From Octopus sinensis (Eukaryota): 64,000 nt of DNA. The notes beneath the pieces are model-generated. The model was given only the letters and a program-made list of their open reading frames with translations. It was not told the DNA's origin and did no database searches. Below are positions 12,253-24,947 of this stretch, piece after piece (position 1 is the first letter of the stretch; each line of letters starts with the position of its first letter). Location: NCBI RefSeq assembly GCF_006345805.1, contig NC_043013.1, positions 22,072,001-22,136,000 of the forward strand, given 5' to 3'. Position numbers and translations under genes: made by a program.

Positions 12253-12420
12253 AACAACAAGAAAGAATATCAGAAAATGCTTGAGAAAGAAGAGAAAGAA
12301 GACAAGGAGAGGAAGGCCAGGAACAAAGAAGTTGCTAATGTTCTTCGGGAACAAATGGCTGAATTGGAAGAGAACAAGCGCAAAGAAGAAAAGTTAAAAG
12401 AAGAAGAACTTAAACTGCTT
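12253..12420 (+). pseudogene. Isolated exon-like coiled-coil fragment resembling TPH-domain ciliary proteins (CFAP53/trichoplein family)
   Basis: ttttaag acceptor-like site, then NNKKEYQKMLEKEEKEDKERKARNKEVANVLREQMAELEENKRKEEKLKEEELKLL; no good GT donor follows; family call is recollection only. Confidence 0.35.
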
Positions 12421-12454
12421 CTTTATTTTTTGCTATACAAAGTTCCAACCGATC

Positions 12455-12645
12455 GTGGCCGATGCCAGACCCCACTGGCACCTGTGCAGGTGGCTCGTGG
12501 AGTGGTTGGCGTTAGGAAGGGCATCCAGCTGTAGAAACTCTGCCAGATCAGACTGGAGCCTGGTGCAGCCCCTGGCTTCCCAGACCCCGGTCGAACCGTC
12601 CAACCCGTGCTAGCGCGGAAAACGGACGTTAAACGATAATGATGA
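12455..12645 (+). mobile_element. Young 5'-truncated RTE-tailed SINE
   Basis: CpG-intact copy ending cgcggaaaacggacgttaaacgataatgatg. Confidence 0.8.
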
Positions 12646-13020
12646 TTTGCCTACTAATTATAGCAGGTCAAGGATGCTTTATCAGTTTGCGGTTCTAAGT
12701 TTACTGTTGATTTATCATAGAGTGACATCAGTTTCATCAGCTTTCCTTAGCTGTGATTCACTCCATGAAGACAAAACCTGGTCTCTCTCCGGCAGTTATG
12801 GGACTTGCATTCAGCAGTTGCCGACAAGTCCAACTTTCCCTTTGCTTTTCTATCTCAGAATCATGTCCTAACAAGACTTCTTTCCATCAGTGATTTCATT
12901 TTAACAGCTGACCTTTAAAAGTTTAAGTTTAACATTAGCCACATCAACTTCACCCAGTTACCATTCTTCGATGCCAAATCTAGGCAAGGCCTGGAAAGAC
13001 TGCAGAAACAACTGCTCTTC

Positions 13021-13404
13021 TTTTGTGTAAATTACTCTTTTACTTGTTACAGTCATTTGACTGTGGCCAAGCTGGAGTACCAACTTTAGTCGAGTAAATC
13101 GACCCCAGGACTTATTCTTTGAAAGCCTGGTACTTATTCTATCGGTCTCTTTTGCCAAACTGCTAAGTTACAGGGACATAAACACACCACCATCAGTTGT
13201 CAAGCGATGTTGGAGGGACAAACACAAACACACAAACATATACGCACACATACATATATATATATATAGATATATATACATATATACGACAGGCTCCTTT
13301 CAGTTTCTGTCTACAAAATCCACTCACAAGGCTTTGGTCGACCTGAGGCTATAGTAAAAGACACTTGCCCAAAGTGCCATGCAGTGGGAATGAACCTGGA
13401 ACCA
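13021..13404 (-). mobile_element. tRNA-derived SINE (OK-like family)
   Basis: Reverse complement of the 42419-42818 family. Confidence 0.8.
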
Positions 13405-13439
13405 TTTTTTAATGTCTCCTCCACAGGAATATAACTGGC

Positions 13440-13565
13440 TTGAAAACAAAGTCCTCTAGATGCATCAATTTGACAATAGGAGATTGTTTTGAAGAGGCTG
13501 TACTTGTTGTTGAAGGCCAAAGTCATCAATAATATGAAATCTGGGGTTCCTTGCATGGAAGCTAG
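13440..13565 (+). mobile_element. Very degraded CR1/Jockey-like reverse transcriptase remnant
   Basis: VVVEGQS...INNMKSGVP resembles VVLDGQ.S...INSGVPQGS; frameshifted. Confidence 0.3.
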
Positions 13566-13849
13566 CAAAAGATTACAAAGGAGGATAAGCAGAAGCAGTG
13601 CAACATTTTTCAGGAGTACACATGATTAGAAAATGGGTAAAAGGGAAAAAATTTGGTAAATGACCCTTTGTCTCTGAGTGGTAAACAATTCATCTCTGTG
13701 ATTCAATAAAACAGTGTGTTATTGCTAATTAGATCGAGGGGAGCCCTGACTGACCGAGCCTAAAATTAAAAGATGCTGCAGCCATGAACATCATGTCCTT
13801 TCATAGAGTCATGACTATATAAGGTAATGTGTCCTCTTTTCTTATTTCT

Positions 13850-14260
13850 TCACTACCCACAAGAGGCTAAACACAGAGGGGACAAACAAGGACAGACAAA
13901 TGGATTAAGCCGATTATATCAACCCCAGTACATAACTGGTACGTATTTAATCGACCCCAAAAGGATGAAAGGCAAAGTTTACCTCAGCAGAATTTGAACT
14001 CAGAGCATAAAGACAGACGAAATACCTATTTCTTTACTACCCACAAGGGGCTAAACACAGAGGGGACAAACAAGGACAGACAAATGGATTAAGTCGATTA
14101 CATCAACCGCAGTGTATAACTGGTACTTATTTAATCGACCCCGAAAGGATGAAAGGCAAAGTCGGCATCGGCGGAATTTGAACTCAGAATGTAAAGACAG
14201 ACGAAATACCGCTATGCATTTCGCCCAACGTGCTAATGATTCTGCCAGCTCGCCGCCTTT
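13850..14260 (-). mobile_element. CORE-type SINE (OR2-like) with internal duplication
   Basis: Reverse complement of the 2092-2506 family. Confidence 0.8.
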
Positions 14261-14526
14261 CATGTGTCCTCTTTTCTAAGAGAAGGAGGCTGATTGTGAT
14301 TTAGCAGGGCATGTCTAAATCAAGTATGATATCATCATACATGGTGTAGACCAGCAAGACCATGATGAGTACTTAAGAATGACATGTCCCCACCACATAT
14401 TCCAGGCCAATCCCCCCACCACTACCATTTATACCCTTCCACAGTTCCTGCGATGCACTGTTAACAATGTCTGGCAAGGGAGATAGCTCCCTAGCTATAA
14501 AACCTTCAGCACATCTCAGAATATTG

Positions 14527-14918
14527 TTGTTGTTGGTTGTTGGCAGTTCGTCGGTTACGATGACAAGGGTTCCAGTTGATCCGATCAACGGAACAGCCTG
14601 CTCGTGAAATTAACGTGCAAGTGGCTGAGCACTCCACAGACACGTGTACCTTTAACGTAGTTCTCAGGTGAGATTCGGCATGACACAGAGTGTGATAAGG
14701 CTGGCCCTTTCAAATACAGGTACAGCAGAAACAGGAAGAAAGACTGAGAGAAAGTTGAGGTAAAAGAATAGAGCAGGGTTCGCCACTACCCCCTGCTGGA
14801 GCCTCGTGGAGCTTTAGGTGTTTTCAATAAACACTCACAACACCCGGTCTGGGAATTGAAACTGCGATCCTACGACTGCGAGTCCGCTGCCCTAACCACT
14901 GAGCCATTACACCTCCAC
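14527..14918 (-). mobile_element. SINE with ccgatcaacggaacagcctgctcgtg core and target-site duplication
   Basis: Flanked by tctcagaatatt on both sides; related copies at ~3710-3880 and 44445-44720. Confidence 0.75.
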
Positions 14919-15476
14919 TCTCAGAATATTACAGCAAGGTGTTTAACATAAAGGTGGTTTGTTTCCTATTTCTGGCAGGCTGACCAAGACATGATAGTGG
15001 TATGCACGACCAAAACACAGGAGAATAATATAAAGCATAACCCCACAAAATGAAGATTTCAAAGTGGGAAGATTTTTGGATGTTACCTATAAAGACCTCC
15101 TGGTGGAGGGGTAGGCATTAGGTTGTCTCTAGATCCAGATTGTTTGTCCCATCAAGTGAAGCAGAACAACAAATTGTGAACTGTAGAACGGAGCAGAGAA
15201 ATCTTCTTTGTAGATTTGGCAGAATCACCATCTTATCAAAGGAAAACACAGGCTGAGGACAAAGAAGAAGGTCATTGATAGCCAACGGAAGAAATAAGGC
15301 AGCTGCATTGTTTGGAACGATGTCTTTATGGCTTGCAGAGCTTCAATACATTTCCAGATTTTATCAATGGAGACTGGCTTTGCTGAAGGGAGTGATATTG
15401 GATAAATACCAAAACCATTGTCATCTCCAGATGACATTCAATGAAGGAAATGTCCTAAAGTGTGATCTTTATCTAA

Positions 15477-15527
<51 letters not shown>

Positions 15528-16091
15528 TATCATTATTATTATCATGGCATATATGTGAGGACACACAAACACACACACATGCAAATATATATATACACAC
15601 ACATATATACATATATATATATATATACACACACATATATATATATATATACATACATATACACATCTTCCATCTTGTATTTTGGGCTTCTTTCAGTCAT
15701 CTGACTACAGCCATGCTGGGGCAACGCCTTGAAGAAGTTTCAGTTAAATGAACTGACCCCAGGACTTGTTGTTTGTTAAGCTTGGTACTTATTCTGTCAG
15801 TCTCTTTTGCTGAACTGCTAAGTTACAGGGATGTAAACACACCAACACTGGTTATCAAGCAGCGGGGGTAGGACAAACACAAACAAAAACACACACAAAA
15901 TAAGATGGGTTTCTTTCAGTTTCCATATGTATATATATTTATGTATATAGATAAATACATATCTGGGTGTGTAAATGCGTGTATATGTATATATATACAT
16001 ACACACACATATATATATATACATATATACACACTTATATACACATATATATACATATATATATATACATATTTTTATATATACATATATA

Positions 16092-17345
16092 TATGAGATG
16101 CAGTTTGGTTTTGTGTCAGGTAGAATCAACACTGATGTTATATTTCTGATAAGGCAGCTGCAGCAGAAATACCTAGCCAAAGATAAACCTCTGTACTTGG
16201 CTTTCGTTGACATGGAGAAAGCTTTTGACAGGGTCCTTATCTGGTAGTCAATGCAGAAACTAGGGATAGACAAGTGGTTGGTGAGAGTTGTACAAGCCTT
16301 GTACAGGGATGCTATGAGTAAGGTGAGGGTGGGCAATGAGTACAGTGTAGAATTCAGGGTACAAGTAGGGGTTCACCAAGGATCGGTCCTCAGTCCCCTC
16401 TAGTTCATCATAGTCCTCCAGGCAATAACAGAGGAATTCAAGACAGACTTCCCCTAGGAACTCCTCTACATTGATGACTTTGCTCTTATAGCTGAATCAC
16501 TACCAGGACTAGAGAAGTTCCAGGTATAGGAAGCAAGGTCTAGAATGAAAGGGCCTTAGAGTTAACCTAGCAAAAAACAAAATCTTAGTAAGTAGGAAGG
16601 CAGATAAATCACAAATCCCTTCAGGTAGATGATCCTGCTCAATCTGGTGTAAGCTTTGGACACATAAAAAGTGCAGCAATATCAGAAGAAGGCTAACAGG
16701 GAAAATAGATTTTGTATGTGGATGATGCTCAGGTGCAAAAAATGCTGAAAATGTGCAGAAAATAGACTCCATCAACTGCCAGCAGGGGAAACTAGAGGTA
16801 GCAGATAGCTTCTGTTATCTAGGTGACCAAGTCAGTAGTGGATGTTCCAAGATGTAGAATAAGGTTAGGCTGGGCAAAGATCAGAGAGCTCCTACCGCTG
16901 CTGGCCTCTTTCTCGGGGTGAAAGGCAGATTGTATGATGCCTATGTGCAAACAGCTATGCTACATGGCAGTGAAACATGGACTGTGACAGCCGAGGACAT
17001 GCACAGGCTCGAAAGAAATGAAGTCAGTTTGCTTTGCTGGATGTGCAATGTCAGAGTGCATGTTTGACAGAGTGTGAGCATCTTGAGAGAAAAGCTAGGC
17101 ATAAGAGGCATCAGATGTGGTGTGCAAGAGAGATGACTGTCCTGGTATGGTCATGTGATGCATATGGACGAAGACAGCCATGTAAAGAAGTGCCAATCTC
17201 TAACTGTGGAGGGAACCTATGGTAGAGGTAGAGCCAGGAAGACATAGGACAAGGTAGTAAAGAATGATCTTTGAACTGTGGGCCTGACGGAGGCAGTAAA
17301 TAGTGACTAAGACCTTTGGTGGTGTGCTGTGCTTGAGAAGACCCA
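16092..17345 (+). mobile_element. 5'-truncated decayed RTE-clade LINE (reverse transcriptase and 3' end)
   Basis: [64 protein letters not shown] and LHGSETW; many stops. Confidence 0.9.
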
Positions 17346-17824
17346 TCAAGCCAAAGGAAATCGTAGTCATGGCACTCATGGCAGTGGGGCATAAAGAGCA
17401 CCTTTCAAGTGTTGGGCCTCATGGAGGCAAAGTAGCTGAGTTCCTTTAGAGCATTGAGCCTCACGGAGGCGAGTTCCTTTCATGTGTTGGGGCTCAGGGA
17501 GACAAAGTGGCTGAGTTCCTTTCAAGTGTTGGGCCTCTCAGAGGCAATGACCAAGACATTTGGCATTATGTCGTGCTTGAGATGAAGACCCAACAAGCTG
17601 GGCAAAATCACAGTCTTGGTAGATACTGGTGTCACGCAAATGGCACCTGTGCCAGTGAGGCGTAAAAGCACCCATTACACTCTCAGAGTGTTTGGCATTA
17701 GGAAGGGCATCCAGCCATAGAAATAATGCCAAATGAGACTGGTGTCTGGTGCAGCCTTCCAGCTCGCCAGCCCTGGTCAAACCACCCAACCCATGCCAGC
17801 ATGGACAATGAACAATAAATGATG

Positions 17825-17856
<32 letters not shown>

Positions 17857-18330
17857 GATGATGGTGATGATGACAATGACACATACATATGGACACACAC
17901 ACACCATGCATTCGTACACACACACACACATATATATATAGAGAGAGATATAGATATATACACACATACATATCAGGGTTTATGGGTTTATCGATACCTA
18001 AAATAAATATAATCACATGAATTCACTATTTTTTGTGTAACTGATTTAAAAAAATTGCTGATGATCTTCCTTTAATCTGTGGATGTTAATTCATTCAGAA
18101 TTATAGCATCAAACCAATCAAGATGATGGTTTGAGGTGGGTTGCATAAAATTGGGCCAAAAACAAAAAAAAATCAAAAACAAAACTAAAATATCATTTTA
18201 CTTTTACATTTCTTTAATTTCCTCAGGAAAAAGATCGTTTTTTTGTTTTGATTACCAAATACTGTACTAATTTACTTAATTACTCAAAATGAATTAATTT
18301 TCTAATTAATAATTTTTTCTTTTGCCTTGC

Positions 18331-18560
18331 TTAACCCTTTAGGGTTCAGATTAATCTGTCAAATATAATATTTGTTCATTTATATTGTTTTGAAATAATC
18401 AAGCATTCTCTTGTAGTTTAAGGATTTTGCTGATGTGATTGTTTAGTTTAAGAATGACATTGTAGGATAGGTGTGAGGGGCCAGATCCGGTCAGTTTCAA
18501 CATAAAACAGGTGAAACATATTTTGGCCAGATATGGCTGGTATGAATGCTAGAGGGTTAA
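18331..18560 (+). mobile_element. piggyBac-like MITE (230 bp)
   Basis: TTAA-CCCTTTAG ... CTAGAGGG-TTAA; related copies at 406-646 and 49923-50212. Confidence 0.7.
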
Positions 18561-19039
18561 AGTGCCGTGCAGTGGGACTGAAGCCAAGGTTACAAGGTTG
18601 GGCAGGAACCTTTTTAACCTTGATCTGAATGTAAACTTTACTTTTCGCTTTCTTATGAAATTAAGAGGTGAGAGAGAGGAGCAAAAAAGGAAAAAAAAAT
18701 CACAAATATTTTTTTGGGGGTCATGTACTTGTCGGTTTGCAAACCACTGTCTTACTGGGGTCCACTCTGTCGCAAGGGCCCCACTGTGAAGACTTCTTCC
18801 TTCCAGTTCATCTCGATTTTGAAAGCTCTGAGAAAGGTTAAGGCCATAATCCTTTCTTTCCTGATTAACCCTTAAAAAAATGTTAGCACACTGCATGGAA
18901 CCCCTACCCTGCTAACTGGCTCCTCCAAAAGTAGTAGTAGTAACAGTAGCAAAATAATTGGCAAAGCTTCATTATCAACAGTAATAGCAGCAATAATATT
19001 GGTAAAAATCTCGTATAGCAACAGCACCAGCAGGAGCAG

Positions 19040-19049
19040 TAATAATAAT

Positions 19050-19124
<75 letters not shown>

Positions 19125-19171
19125 AATAATAATAATAATAATAATAATATGATGAGATGATGATGATGATG

Positions 19172-19204
<33 letters not shown>

Positions 19205-19227
19205 TGATGATGATGATGATGATAATG

Positions 19228-19261
<34 letters not shown>

Positions 19262-19275
19262 TGATGATGATGATG

Positions 19276-19317
<42 letters not shown>

Positions 19318-19334
19318 TGATGATGATGATGATG

Positions 19335-19365
<31 letters not shown>

Positions 19366-19405
19366 TGATGATGATGATGATGATGATGATAATAATAATA
19401 ATAAT
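19040..19405. repeat. Alternating (AAT)n/(GAT)n trinucleotide array
   Basis: Read directly. Confidence 0.95.
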
Positions 19406-19604
19406 GGTTTCAGATTTTGACACAAGGCCAGCACTTTTTGGAGGAGGGAAGTGGGGGAGGGCTAAGTCAATTGAATCAACCCCAGTGCACAACTGGTCCT
19501 TATTTTAATGACCCTGAAAAAATGGAGCTGTAGTAATGTCAGTGACATTAGTAAATTAAGAGGCACCTCCAACTACTACTACTACTACAACAACTACTGC
19601 TACA

Positions 19605-19642
<38 letters not shown>

Positions 19643-19989
19643 CACTACTACTTTTGGTCGTTGCAGTTGCAGCTACAATAGCTGTACTGTCCTCTCAGCA
19701 ACACCAGCAGCAGCAGTAGTAGTAGAATCAGTAGTTTTGCTGTTCTTTAGCCCTCGGACTGCCTCATTCAAGTAGGATTATGATTAAAGGCATTCTGACG
19801 TTGATGACCCCACTGTTTTGTTTTTGCTTTTCTGTTTTTTTTTCTTCATGCAAAGTGTATCTAGGTTTACATTATTCGACGCAGCCATTCTTTTTCAAGA
19901 TAGTCGGGTGTGACCTGAGGGAGATTTAGTTGCTACTTCTAGGGTATCGTACGTTTAAAGTGTAGTAGTAGTAGTAGTAGTAGTAGTGC

Positions 19990-20024
<35 letters not shown>

Positions 20025-20321
20025 ATAATCGTCATCATTGGCGTTCACCAGTGGTTACCCATCATCACAACCATCACCAGCAACAGCAGCAAAAACAACA
20101 ATGACACACACAGCTACAGTTGTCAGACAACCCTGTACCACCACGACCTCCTCTTCTTCCTCCTCCTCCCCTCTTCTACCCCCATCTCTTTATATCAGTC
20201 ATCACAATCACTACTAGTGCTACTACTACTACTACTATTACTACTACTCATCGTAGTAATAACAATTCCTAACTGCGGTCATTGTTTCAGCTTCCCTACA
20301 CACACATATCTACCTACTAGT

Positions 20322-20387
<66 letters not shown>

Positions 20388-20662
20388 ATACGAGAGAGAG
20401 AGAGAGAGGCAGGGAAAGAGAGAGAGAGAGAAAGAGATTCTATACACAGGAACTGCCGCAGTTTTAAAGAGACAATCCATTCCCCGACCTTCCTACATTT
20501 CCACCCCTGACACACCCACAACACAATTTCTTCTTCTATCACTAATTCACTAATTAAGAGAAGAAAACAAATCGCTGCCAACGCCACCAGCAAGGGACAC
20601 TCTACGTGGTTGCAGGCGTTGCTATAAATAGCAGCTAAATAGCTTTTAAAATCACGCCTTAC

Positions 20663-20884
20663 TTCCCTCAGAAAACCGAGGGATACATTGCATAATAATG
20701 ATCCCAGATATACTGGATTGGAATAGAAGACGGGGTGGTCACGGACGGAACACTGTTTATCACATATCTGCTTGATCGGGGCTGATCCCAGGCTAAACAA
20801 CATCAACAAACTGTCTCCATATCTATCATTGAACAACAACAACACTGCAATTATTCGTGCAATGTGCTCCGAGGTGTTCCGCAT
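20663..20884 (-). CDS. Candidate first exon of an unidentified divergently transcribed gene (74 aa, MRNTSEHIARIIAVLLLF...GFLRE)
   Basis: Non-repetitive CpG-containing sequence; open frame from ATG to a strong phase-0 donor GAA|gtaagg; no homology recognised; could be UTR. Confidence 0.35.
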
Positions 20885-21493
20885 CAAGAGGAATACCACA
20901 AAAAGACATTAGCAAAAAGACGACCGAAAATAGTGCAAAGATTTAAAAAGCATCACCAGCAACAACAATAACAACAACACACCCATAGACATTTCTGCCA
21001 ATAATATCTAGGTTATCTGCAGTGTATTGTACAAATAAAAGGCTTCGATCAACTCTTGACTACCTTAATTTGATTTTTGTTTCACACACACATATATTTA
21101 TACGGACGCATATATATATATATATATATACACTCACCCTTTAATTTAGTTTGATTCCCTGATTGTCTCTTCTAGTCCCTATCTTCGCTAAAGACAAACT
21201 ATCCTTACTTCTGTCCTTCTTTTTCTACTGTTTCTGCCAGAAGAACTCTCAGAAGTCAGCCCCTCTCTTTCTTTCTCTCCCTCTTTCTCTCTCTCTCTCT
21301 CTCTCTCCTTCTTTAGCTCTTTCTGCTTACACTTTCTCTCCCCCACACTCCATATCCGTTCCCGGTGTAGAAGTATCATAACTCACCGTTTCTCTATCCC
21401 CACATCTCTTTGTCCACATCCGTTCCCCGGTAAAACTCTCATAACCCGCTGTCTACCGGCGATGTTACCAGAGCTTGTTGTAGCAACAACGAG
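20885..21493. promoter_or_regulatory. Putative bidirectional promoter and 5' UTR region
   Basis: Lies between two outward-facing exons; CpG retained; duplicated motif atccgttcc(c)cggt...tcataac at ~21354 and ~21418. Confidence 0.4.
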
Positions 21494-21853
21494 ATGGTCA
21501 GACTCTTGGGTGCTCTGACGACATTTTGGCATCGTTCCTTATCACCACCACCTTCTTCAACTTCTCAACTACCTCAACGATCACCAACATCTTCCTCATC
21601 ATTATCATTATCCTCATCGCCGTCATTATCGCCTTTATTAATAATAATCAGACTATTGTTGTTGTTTGTGCTCTTGGCCGACGACGTCTCCTCTTACACA
21701 CCACCATGGACGGAGATCGACCTCGGCTCTGGCAGGCCACTGGGAGTGATTACCACAAGTTATGCATGGATTGTACTGGTCGGAGTTTCCGCCCTCACTC
21801 CATCGCTCGTCTTCGGACATATGTGTCAACATCGTTCACCTAAAGCAGACGAG
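21494..21853 (+). CDS. LMLN: Leishmanolysin-like peptidase (invadolysin, M8 metalloprotease), coding exon 1 (120 aa)
   Basis: Hydrophobic leader then HMCQHRSPKADE|gtaagg, matching the remembered invadolysin N-terminus (Drosophila HNCQHQHPKAHEV, human CRHHVPSDTEV); phase-0 donor; catalytic exons not in the window. Confidence 0.7.
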
Positions 21854-23127
21854 GTAAGGCCTTTCGACCATATTAAAGTTACTAGTATTTTATTTTGCAA
21901 CACACACACACACACGCAAATTTATGATAACATTATAATTTTTTTTCATTATATATTAATAATAATATATTGTATTTAATATATATTCTACATATTTTGT
22001 ATTTGTTCTGAAGTGATTATAGTCACGCCAGTTCTTCATTTTCCCTGTTTTCATTTAATTTCGTTTCATTTAATAACCCGTTACCTTCATTCTACTTGAA
22101 ATGCTCTTTTCTTAATCATTATTACTATTTGCCCTTTAACTTTCATAAAACTTATTTGATAAATTTCATTGACAGTACACACAGTTATATAAAAGAAGAT
22201 AGAGCCAGTTGATTATCTGTCGTGACAGTTTTACCGGTAAAAGATAATTACCGGTGAACGTTGAAATAGAAGTATAAAGGTGTCCATCGCTTATATAACA
22301 AAGAAGTTCTCGGCAAAGGTTATTAACCTTCTCATATGAAATGATGTCATGTTTAGCTAAATTTAGTCCTAATTACTACTACTTATAGTTAATAATTTAA
22401 AAGAAAAATCTGAGGCCTACACATTCAATCACGAATTACCAGAAAATAATACCTAAGCTTCCACCCACCACAACCTTTGGGGTATATTATATATATATGT
22501 TGTCTCTTAGACTCTTCTGTTGTATTGCTGCGGTTGTCTTCCTGAATTTGCTAATTCGGACTCGTTGACTCGATCCATTTCCATAATTTAATTCATTCCT
22601 TAAACCCCATTAAAAAACGCATTGTCAAATCTTCCTCTTCTTTGTACTGCTGGAACAACCTCCTCGTCGGTATTTACTCTTAATCCCTGTAGTAATTTAA
22701 ATCAAACATTATCTATGCTGATCACACCCACTTGACAATCTGTGTATGAGGACCCAGAAAGGCTACGTGGAGACGACCTTTATTAATTTATTAAACGACA
22801 CCTAAGAAACACCGGGAAGTGCGCGAGTCATTAAGTTTGTCTCTCCAGGGGAAGGGAGTTAACTCTGCCCTGCAAACGATAGCTTGACTGGTTTAGCAGC
22901 AGGAGAAGGGGAGGAGGAGGCAGAAGAAGAGAGGAATTAGGAATCCCTTATTTTTTTTAAAAATTTACTTCTCGATACTTTAAATAGCATATACATTTTA
23001 TATATACATACATACATTCATACACATATATATATATATACACTCACACACACACACTATGCGAGTGTATTTATGTGTGTGTGTGTGTGTTTGTATGTGT
23101 GTGTATGTATGTATGTATGTATGTATG

Positions 23128-23166
<39 letters not shown>

Positions 23167-24620
23167 ATATGTATATGTGTATATGTATATATATGTGTAT
23201 ATGTATATATATATATATGTATATATATAAATGTATATATATATATATATAGATATGTATATATATATATGTGTGTATGCTAAGAATTAGAATTCTTGGA
23301 GACTTCGATGTAAAAATATTGGCTCTTTTCAAAATTATGCGAATTAAAAAGTATAAAAAAAAAGACCATCGTTTTTACCCTCTTTAATCGAATAAAAAAA
23401 AAAAAATTATTGAAACAAAACAAAGACATTGTTAACTTCGGGATTCTCATAAACTTGATTAGAACCGAAGTATTCAGATTTAAATCTCTTGGATTAAAAT
23501 TACGAAGAAAATCGCACCGATTCCCACACGGTCATTTCTGGAGTAGTTAAAACATTTAGAGTATGTGTGTGTGTGTCTGTGTGTGTATGTGTATTTCTCT
23601 ATATATTTATATCATAGTTTCTTAATGTTTAACGATTTAACACCTAATTCCCATTTTGCTTCAAAAGCGAACGCTTACATTATTTCTGTCAATTTCTTTT
23701 ATCGTTAATTTTACTGATTTCATCTTCCTTCTTCACTCTCTTTGAGCGCATCTGTCGGCAAAATAATCACATGCGCGCTCGCAGACATACACATGCAACT
23801 AGAGTCGCGATCACAACACACAGACGTGCGTGTAAACATATACATACACACGCTCTCTTTCTCTCTCTCTCCACACACACACATATATATATATTTATAT
23901 ATATATGTATATAATATAAATATATCGCGTGTAAGTATGTGTATGTGTGAAAGAGAAGGTTGGAGCAATGTGTTTGGAATTCTAGAGACTTTCATTATGT
24001 CATATTATATTAAAAATCGTTGTCTTGGAGCACGTGTTTTTAATTCCAGCGCTTGCTTTCTTTGAAGCATATACGTTTTCATAGTGTTATCTTTCAAACA
24101 ATATTATAAATATTGGAAGAACATCAAATTAAATCTCTCTTTCAATATTCTGAGAGGATTTTTCATGAACGAGTTAGAATTCTTAAAGTGAAAAGTATGC
24201 ATTTCATTATGTGACAGTTCGAAGTGGTGGGGGAGATGTGTTGAGAATAGAGAAAGAAGGCTGTGCATGTATGTATATATTAGTATATATATATATATAT
24301 TATATAATATATATATATATATATATATTATGGCCTTACTTCCAGGAAATATTGATTTCTTAGGCAAGCACAATAGATTCATTGAGTGACTGGCTTTTTA
24401 AAACGTGTTTTTTTTTTTCTCAAAGGCATCACAAGAGACGTTACTCATACTAAGTGTCTTTGGCTGGGAATCGAAACCGACGATAATTTGATTGAATAAC
24501 GTTTATGCCTTTTTGAGTGTTTTAGCAACAAAAGAGTAGGAAGAAGATTTTCACTTAGAAATTCAGTTCTGGATTCGCCTTGAAAATAAATAAATAAATT
24601 CCGATTTCGTAAACACATAC

Positions 24621-24689
<69 letters not shown>

Positions 24690-24947
24690 GAGTAAACACA
24701 TAAATGTGAAACAAGGTGGAAAAAAGAGTACTCAAATACCAGTGGTAGAGTAATATGCTTTATTTTAAGCAGCAGAAAATTCAACAAAATGTGTTGAATT
24801 TCTGCTGCTTAAAATAAAGTATATATATAATATATATATATATATATATGCAGTTAATTCGAGGATATCTTATCCAAAAATTTCACTGGTTTAATCCATA
24901 ACTCGTTCGAGGGAAGTCTAAACGATATCTATGGAATTATTGTAAGT

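Noticed and set aside
15087-15455. Minus-strand segment with AG/GT ends and a 70-aa ORF (MSSGDDNG...) as exon 2 of the divergent gene
   Set aside because: All three frames contain stops across the segment, and the phase-0 frame terminates; probably an old repeat remnant.
20663-20884. IQCG or RPL35A (human LMLN neighbours) as the divergent gene
   Set aside because: No similarity to either protein is visible.
21706-21843. Out-of-frame ATG in ACCACCATGG context inside LMLN exon 1 (45-aa ORF)
   Set aside because: It lies downstream of the in-frame ATG and has no supporting features; likely coincidental.
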